From: the human T2T-CHM13v2.0 reference genome, Homo sapiens
Length of the DNA stretch: 64,000 nt
Assembly: GCF_009914755.1 (NCBI RefSeq)
Contig: NC_060932.1
Strand: one strand, 5' to 3'
In this document: positions 55,600 to 64,000 of the stretch, piece by piece
Layout: every line of letters begins with the position of its first letter
Position numbering within the stretch: position 1 is the stretch's first letter
The notes under the pieces: model-generated
Told to the model about the DNA's origin: nothing
Databases searched by the model: none
What the model saw: only the letters and a program-made list of their open reading frames with translations
Translations under genes and position numbers: made by a program

Positions 55600-56975
55600 A
55601 ACGCATCTTCATTTCCTAAATAATATGAGTACATTATAGCAGTTTGATTCTTGTAAACTCCTACTGACTTACATGCAATTATGTTGGTATTTTATTGCGC
55701 CTTCTCTGACTACATATATTTTACTTTTTATTAAAAATAGTGTTTTTTGAGAGTTATCTATATACTTACCCATCTGTTTATTATTTCTTCTTGCATCTTA
55801 AACCTTCCTTTGGGGATCATTTTTTCTTCTTTCTAAAGTATATTCTTTGGTAATTTCTGAGTAAATTTAGTTAGAGATAAACTCAGATTGTCTTTATCCA
55901 AAAATGTATGTATATTTTATGCTTGTTCTTGAGAGACAGTTTGTTAGTACTCATTCTAAGATGACAGATTTTTTTCCCTCTCAGCATATTTTAACACTCC
56001 TTTGCTTCTCTGATTTTAATTTTAATTTCTTTGTAAATGATATGCCTTGTCTGTACAGGTGTTTGAAACCTCATCTTTGTCATTCTATAGCTTTAATGCA
56101 ATAGGCTTAGGTATCAATTTCCTTTTATTTATGATGCTTGGTATAAATTATGTCTTCTGTCTATGTGGATTAGTCTCTTTCAAATGTGGAAGTTTTTCAG
56201 TCATTTTATCTTCAGATCACTTTCTGTTACTCTCACTCATGGAAGCTGATTAGCTATGTGTTAGAATTTCTAATTTCACCTTTCATATTCCATAAACTCA
56301 CCTTGTATTTTCTTCCTCTTTTCTTGTGTCTGCATTTGAAGCCATAATCCAAATCACTAAGTCTTTTTCAGCTCATGGGACCTGATTAGAGGTTAATCTG
56401 TTAACCTCTAATCTGTTGTTTCATTTCAAAAAGTGTCTTTTCACTTCTAATAATTTAGCTTTCATTATCTTTGTAGTTATTTTTAAAATCAACTTTATTT
56501 GCAAAACTGGTATGTAATGCAATAAGTTTTGAAAAATGTCTAAAGTTGTGTAATCACCACAGTCAAGCTATAGAGCATTTCCATCACCCCAAAAATTTCC
56601 TGTTTGCCATTTGCCATCAAGCTCTCCTTCTTCCCCCAGCACTAATCAGCTTTCTGTCATATGAGTCGGCCTTATCCAGAATCTAGTGTAAATGAAATCA
56701 TACAATATGTGGGCTCTGTGTCTGGACTTGTGCACTTAGTGTAATGCTTTTGAGATTTATCTGTGTTGCTGCATCTAGCAATACTCCATTTCTTTTTATT
56801 ATTAAGAAGTATTTCATTATATAGATCTATTACAAGTTGTTTATCCATTCCCCCAGTTGATGGGCATTTGGGCTATTTTCAATCTTTGACTATTATGAAT
56901 AAAGTCTTTGTGTGGACATGTTTTTCATTTCTTTTGGATAAATACCTAAAAGTGGGATTGCTGGTTCACATGGTA
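55600..56975 (-). mobile_element. Old L1M fragments (5'/ORF1-region L1ME, then an L1MB/MC-type 3' end at about 56480-56975)
   Basis: T-rich antisense L1 texture. tgtaatcaccacagtcaagctatagagcatttccatcacccc...ccagttgatgggcatttggg. Confidence 0.7.
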
Positions 56976-58216
56976 TGCATACCTAGAGATGTATTTACCT
57001 ATGAAAGAAACAGCTTATTCTGTTTCTCCTTGACTTATCCAAACTGGACTTCTTGTGATTGTACTTCTGCTAACAGCCATAAGCATTTGGCTCTCTCTCT
57101 AGCATAAACCTGCCCTTACTTATCTCCATTCTCTTAATATTGTTTTAGCACTATTGTTAGTAAACAATAGTGATTGTTTTATTTATACTGATTACATTAT
57201 TTATACTAGCAATGCTTCTCACTGCAGAACTAAGCGGTATGCTGGAATGATACTTCCTTACCTAGCTTTTTTTTTTTTTCCTGAGCTTTCTTTTCTACTT
57301 TTTTTCCTGTAATTTCTTCCTTCTACTTAACCTCCCTTTTTATGATTCCCCAAAGCCACATCTTTTTGGTTATTTTCCTCAGTCTCCTAAATCAGACTCT
57401 CAGGAAAACTCACTCCTGGGTCTCATTCCCTCCAGGGCTGCTGCATGGTTTACCTGGTGGTTTCTCTTACAGTTCCCCTGGATTTGGCCCACTGTTTCCT
57501 AAATGTGTTGCCATGTTCTTCATTTTTTTTCCTAGTATCTCTGGATGATAGTCCTTCAGCAACTTCCTATGAAAAGAAAACAAACTATCTGGTTACCTAC
57601 TTTCAATTAACAGATTTGGCTTAAGCTCCAGTCTCCTCACTGGACTTCACCATATCTGTCACCTAATAGCTCAATCCTCTTTGCTTCTCTGAAAGGCTAA
57701 ATTGCATCCCTTATTAACCAATCTTTCCTTCTATGGCTTTTCTTAGGCTGCTATATTAGCTACCACTCAACTGTCTGACTTCCATCTTCCAGAAATGTCT
57801 TGATCATAAGCCTGCCCAATTTATTTGCCTTCATGGGTTTATAGCATTTTATACCTTTTTCAATGCAAAGTTGCTTAATGTCCAAGCTCATCTCTACAGT
57901 TTCCCTTCTTCAACATTCTACATTAGTGGCTATAATGATTTATTTATATTGTATATTTGTATTGCAGGAAATGTAGCCTAATATGACCTCCCAAATGATT
58001 TGAAGTGTCTGCCCTGCCCCCAGAGGACTTTGTCATGGCAATTACCAAGTGTCTTTCAAGCTTTTTGTTACTTCAATTTTTCTAATCACTTCTTTGTGCT
58101 ACCACCAGGCTATGCAGAAGAAGTGATGATGGGTAAGCTTTATTCTTATATTTCAAACTTAATGCCTGGCTCATAACAGGCATAAGATAATATTTTTTGA
58201 ACAAAAGAAAAGCTAA

Positions 58217-58497
58217 GGCCAGGCACGGTGGCTCACGCCTGTAATCCCAGCACTTTGGGAGGCCGAGGCAGGCAGATCACTTGAGGCCAGGAGTTCAGGA
58301 CCAGGCTGGCCAATATGGTGAAACCCCAGCTGTGCTAAAAAAAAAAAAAAAAAAAAAATAGAAAAATTAGCTGGGCATGGTGGCACATGCCTGTAACCCC
58401 AACTATTCAGGAGGCTGAGTTAGGAGAATCGCTTGAACTTGGGAGGCAGAGGTTGCAGTGAGCTGAGATCACTGGTGACAGAGCGAGACACCATCTC
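58217..58497 (+). mobile_element. AluS with no poly(A) tail and an expanded central A-run
   Basis: TSD aagaaaagctaa(g) directly follows ...ccatctc. A22 at 58337-58358. Confidence 0.88.
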
Positions 58498-60093
58498 AAG
58501 AAAAGCTAAGTATGTCTCCATAACAAATACATACCATTAAGCTTATTAATGTTTTTCTCCTTCCTCATCTGAGTGTGATCTTCACTCTTAGATTAGCATT
58601 TTCTCTAGAAGGAGCACAAAGCTAAAAAGGGCTAATGATCAGCTTCCACATGGGAGAAAGGGTTATAGTGCCTGACAACAACATCAAAAACCAGACTGTT
58701 TTCTTGAGAAAGTAAAGTTCAAAATGTTTATATGGCCTCTTACCATTTTAATAACTAAACATGAAGTGCTTAGCTCTTAAAATTTCTTCTAAATGTTTGA
58801 AACATTTTTGTCTCTTTCTGACCGTTAAGGCTTGCTCAGAAGAAGAAAGAATATGAGATAAAATTGGTGGAAGATGAGCCTTTCTCCTCTCCAGCCTGGG
58901 ATAGGATACAAAGATGGGAAGGAGGATGGTTTCTCTGTACTTATTTTTATTTATTTCCTTATATTTTACAAAACTGAAATCATATTGTAGTCATTTTACA
59001 TCATGACTTTTATCACCTTCCATGATGTCATGAGCATTTTCTGATGTCACTAAGTAATCCTAGCAGACATGAATTTTTTTGATAGCTGTTGGGCACCTTA
59101 TTACATGGATACACCATCATCTAGGTAACAGGTATTCAGCTTTCTCATGTCTAAATGGGGAGATGGATGGCTGAGATAATAGAAAAACATGTCTCTCTCG
59201 GGGCCTGACCACAGAAACTGTGCAAAACATATGCACGATTTTCTTCCACGTTTATTCTCTTTCCTCTAACATATTTGGATGCACACCAAAGTTTGAGTAT
59301 TCTTTCAGAATCTATGTGTCCTGAAGACTGGGGATCCCTGTCTTTAAGAGTTGAGAGAATATGAAAACTCCTGTGTCTGAAAAACACCCTCAAATCCTTG
59401 TCTGCTGGGTGGAGTTGAAGAGTGATTGTGAACCCAACCATTGTTCTGTCCTCTCTTCATTTCTCCCACATTAATGAATTTCCTCACAGCTTCGATTACA
59501 TTTAATGGATTCCCTAGGAACTGGGACAGAAGGTCGGAGCCAATTGACTTCAGCTCCAGACCAAGAACAGCTCCTGACCTGAAGGCAGGCAGAGTCATTT
59601 GTGAGATCTCCAAGGGGTGAAAATAAATTAGGGTGGGTTACGGCTATCTGCATTCATTTCCAGATAGCTCAATAGGTAAATAGCCACTGCATATTGGCTT
59701 TGTGGCTTGTAAGTAGAGCAGAAATTTCATAAAGTCAAGGTATGTATGTATGTATAAACATATTTTAGTTACAAAAATTTATGTCAAAAGGAGTAAGGAA
59801 GCATACATGTCTTTCATTGTTATCTGAATATAAAATACCACAGTTTTTTTTTGGAGAACAATATCAATTAGACATAAAATGTGCAATCTTTGACCAAAAA
59901 ATCAATTTTGAGGCGGTGTGCTTATTATTTAGAGGCATCTGTGTGCATTTATCTAAATAAACATTTAGTGATATGCACAGGTGAATTTATTTTTTCTGCA
60001 AATATTTATTTGTATATGCCTCTTTAACATATACCTGTATCTCTCTGTTTCAATTATACATTTGTTTCCTTTCACCCTACCCAGCTATGATGT

Positions 60094-60530
60094 TGTTAAA
60101 TAATAATTTGCAAAATAATAAAAAATTCTGACTTTCATACAAATATAAATAAACTCATATCAAAGATTTAATCAAATAATCAGTTAATGAGGAAACCAGT
60201 AAGATGTTAAAACTTTTCAAGAGATGATCTGAAGAGACACGTATAACCAGGAATTGGGAATGCTGACATGAATTCCATACTAGATACAACACTAGTCACT
60301 ACCCACAGTGCTGTTTTTGAAATAGATTCTTCCATTGGGACAGGGTGGGGGGTTAATTGCCCTCACCACCAGACAAAATTCATTTGCATCTCTATGGAAA
60401 AATTATATTTTTTACTCTCAAGATTTTCAAATTAACTTATAGCATAGCGATATATCCCCCTTAAAGGCCCTGGAGAGATCAGAGCCCTGTAAAATTAGAT
60501 AGCCCCACTTTGATAATGCTTGATAATGCC
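60094..60530. mobile_element. ERV1-class LTR (LTR37-like)
   Basis: taatcaaataatcagttaatgaggaaaccagtaagatgtt...ggaatgctgacatgaatt resembles the recalled LTR37 consensus. Family uncertain. Confidence 0.45.
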
Positions 60531-60992
60531 CAGCATTCTAGTGAAAGAACACCTAGTATTTTGTTTCCATTTCCAAGTCTTTCATGGCAAAACAAACTAT
60601 GAGATGGTCTTTCATAATTTTTCTTGGCAGTATAATTAGAAGAGCACTGATTATGGAGAAAGAAGATTTGAATTCCAGACATGGATTCCCCATTTTATCT
60701 ACATGAACCTCAGATAAATTACTTCTTTTGGGGGTGTCATACAGAGGTTCACAGGAGAAATGACCTGAGGCTTTAATCTTGGAGGATGAGTAGGAATTTG
60801 TTCAAGATGACATGTGGACTGTCCCGCCAGGAGAACGTGCTAAAAGGCACATTTGAGGGGGTCAAGGAATGAAGGACCTCATCCTGGTGTTCCTGACCTT
60901 AGAGGAAATAACTTTACATGTGCTCCTCTGTTTCTCACCTATGGTAAGTTCTGACCGACATACCCCAAAGAGAACCTGTGAGAATCACATGA

Positions 60993-61312
<320 letters not shown>

Positions 61313-61711
61313 CGGGAAAGTATTTTTAGGTCTCCAAAGGAGTGTGCATTTAAGGACTGCTGTACTGTGTGCTTGACACATACTATGTCATTTAATCTTT
61401 TCAATCCTATAAGATAGATACCATTATGATCCTGTTCTCTGAACCTTATAGAAATGGGAGTTTCTTGGCCAAGGTAACATAGCTACCAAGCATTAGAGTC
61501 TAGGACGAATTCCAGACTGCCTCTTAATATTGCAGCTGAAATTAAAAAGCAGGATATTGACTAATGTATCACTGATGACCTGGAGGGAGGTCTGGTGTAA
61601 TTCAAGGTTCTATCCTTGGTTCTTTTCCCTTCAAGAGTTTTCATCCATTGAATCATTCATTCACCCATCAACATATTGATTTATTTAATTGCCCTATATT
61701 ATTTCTGCACT

Positions 61712-62007
61712 TTTTTTTTTTTTTTTGAGATGGAGTCTCCCTCTGTCGCCCAGACTGGAGTGCAGTGGTATGATCTTGGTTCACTGCAGCCTCTGTCTCC
61801 TGGGTTCAAACAATTTCCTGCCTCAGCTTCCTGAGTAGCTGGGACTACAAGCACCAACCATCATGCCCAGCTAATTTTTGTATTTTTAGTGAAGATGGGG
61901 TTTTGCCATGTTAGCCAGGCTGGTCTTGAACTCCTGACCTCAGATGATCCACCCGCCTCGGCCTCCCAAGGTGCTGAGATTACAGGCGTGAGCCACCACA
62001 CCCAGCC
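61712..62007 (-). mobile_element. AluSx-like
   Basis: Full dimer. TSD tttctgcact. Confidence 0.9.
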
Positions 62008-62779
62008 TGTTTCTGCACTATTTAATAGATGCCCTGCTTAACATAGATTAAACTTCAAAAATCCTATATAGAGTCTATTAGCTTGATTTATCAATAAGGA
62101 AATTGAGGCATGAAGATTTCAAGTAACATTGTGAAGCTCAGAGGGCCAGTATATTTTGAGCTGTGTCTAGAATGCAGGAATCCTATTTACCTTCTGGACC
62201 ATGATTTATCTGAGTCTATATGCAAACCCAAGCATGACTCATTGGTTACGTGTCTCATCCATTGCATCTTCTTCATACCCACTGCCACTGAGTTACTGGC
62301 TTCTCCCCTGAGTTTCCATGGAAGGCATCTGTCTGGACTCACTGCTCTGTTCTCATTGCTCTGCACTAATGTTTCCAGGAAACTCAGATTCTCACATAAG
62401 CTCCTCCCATTCTCCTGGCCCATGCTTGTTTCTTTAGCCTCAACTTGCTCCACTTTTCTCCTTTCTTTCTGGTCTTGTTCTCTAGCCTCATGGAAGCACT
62501 TTCCTAAATATGTACTTGCTGTTTTTTGGAGCCAGAGAATCTTGGCATCAAGAATCGTACTTAATGTATGTTAGTTGGTCTCTTTGGGTTCTATTTTTAA
62601 CATCCCTGAGCTCAGTTTATTCTTGTTTAAGAAGAGGATAGCAAGAGCACCAAAATCCTGGGATTCTTGTGAGGATTGGTAAGAAACCTAGATTGTTGTG
62701 TGGCTCATCATAAGTACCCCATTCACATTCAGTTGGGTTGATGTTGGTGTTAACATCATGTGCTGCTTTCCCTGGTTGG

Positions 62780-63110
62780 TGTAGCCTGCCATCCATCTTC
62801 CCCACCCAATACACAGGCTGGCCTTTGTTCATCTTGAACACTCAGTTTGTTTCTCTAGGAAGCCTTCTCTGGGTTCCCAGACTGGGCAGCCTCACCCAGG
62901 CTCTCATAGCACCTAACGATTCCTGTAGCTGAACACTGATCATCCTGCATTGCAGCTGCTCACTTATTGCTATTCTCCTCCTTTAACCTGTAAGCAACTG
63001 GGAGCTATGTCTGTTGGTCTACATGCCCCTGGAATGCAGCTTTTTGCCTGGCACATAATAGGGGATAAATCTGTGTTTTCGGTGAATGAATGAATGAATG
63101 AATGAATGAA
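62780..63110 (+). mobile_element. L2 3' end with (TGAA)n tail
   Basis: ctctaggaagccttctct...ctgtaagcaactggga...tgcctggcacataatag...tgaatgaatgaatgaatgaatgaatgaa. Confidence 0.85.
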
Positions 63111-63717
63111 CAATCAAACGTGATGATCACATCTCTCACACCTTCAAGGGATGGCAGAGGTATGGATTTATTTATGCCACTGGGTCATTCTTCCACAGTG
63201 AACATTAAAAGCTTGTTTATCTTGGGGATTGTCAATCAGATTCCATCTCTGTTTTGAATGAAGAAGAAGACAAGCAAATCATTAGAATAATGACTGAGGA
63301 AATTCAATATACGGCATTTAAAGGGCACTATCAGGAATCTGAGGCCTCAAGTCAATGCCTCTTGCAAGTGACATTAGCAAGTTTGGAGTGTCATGGCACC
63401 ATGGAAACAAATGACCCCATGAAAGTGATTTCATTTAATCTACTCATTCTATAATAGAGGGGACTGAGGCCAAGGGGAGAGGAGATGTTGTGAAAGAAGT
63501 TTTAAGAAGAACTGCCCTGGAGATTGGATTATTAGCTTTCGCCTAAATGAGAGTATTCTATAATAGTCACAGGAACGTGTGCTCCAACCACATGAAGCTC
63601 CTAAACACAGCAATGCCTGCTCTCTTTGAAGCTGTGAGCAGTCTAAGATTTCTGTCTTAATCTCCTACCAGTGAAGTTCTCTTACCATTAACCAGGATAC
63701 ATTCTCACCTTGGTCAT

Positions 63718-64000
63718 TATGCAGGAAAGGGTTAACTTCGCAGACCTGGGCTCTTCAAACCCTGCACATTCCCAGGGTATTCAGGACTAGCCCTTGGTCC
63801 AGGAAGTCCTTGGAGTATCCTGTCTGACCAGAGGCTTTGGGTCATGCCAAGTAGGTCAGGCTAACGATGGGTATTTATTGTGAATGCCATTTGTGTATGC
63901 TTGAGGCTTTGGGGCACACTGTTATCAGTCTAACATTGGGGACGGAGGATGAAGGTCTGAATAGCTGAGGTCAGTCTTAAAGTCACTGCATGCCCATGTG
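63718..64000 (+). mobile_element. MER77/MER68-like ERVL LTR (runs off the window end)
   Basis: tatgcaggaaagggttaacttcgcagacctggg...caaaccctgcacattcc...ttcaggactagcccttgg. Confidence 0.7.

Overview
This is mammalian genomic DNA, almost certainly human: it carries an AluYb9 with the diagnostic 7-bp CAGTCCG duplication, a human-specific subfamily. The window is intergenic or deep intronic. I found no credible protein-coding exon, RNA gene, CpG island or processed pseudogene, and the supplied ORFs look like chance or repeat-derived frames. It is dominated by interspersed repeats: about 17 Alu copies or fragments, L1 pieces of many ages, L2, MIR and CR1/L3, MaLR elements (one full-length THE1A, solo THE1C and THE1D, seven MLT1 LTRs), an ERVL (HERV16-like) relic with an LTR16, a solo HML-5 LTR22, and several DNA-transposon MITEs. 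I did not find a new biological system. The most notable signals are DNA rearrangement or repair scars: a permuted L2/Alu segment (38830-39617), an ~80% identical 75-bp inverted repeat pair (32141-32743), a templated 69-bp local duplication with iterative slippage (13669 and 14831), a twin-primed inverted L1, and fold-back palindromes. Repeat subfamily names come from recalled consensus sequences, not from a database search, and the boundaries of old elements are approximate.
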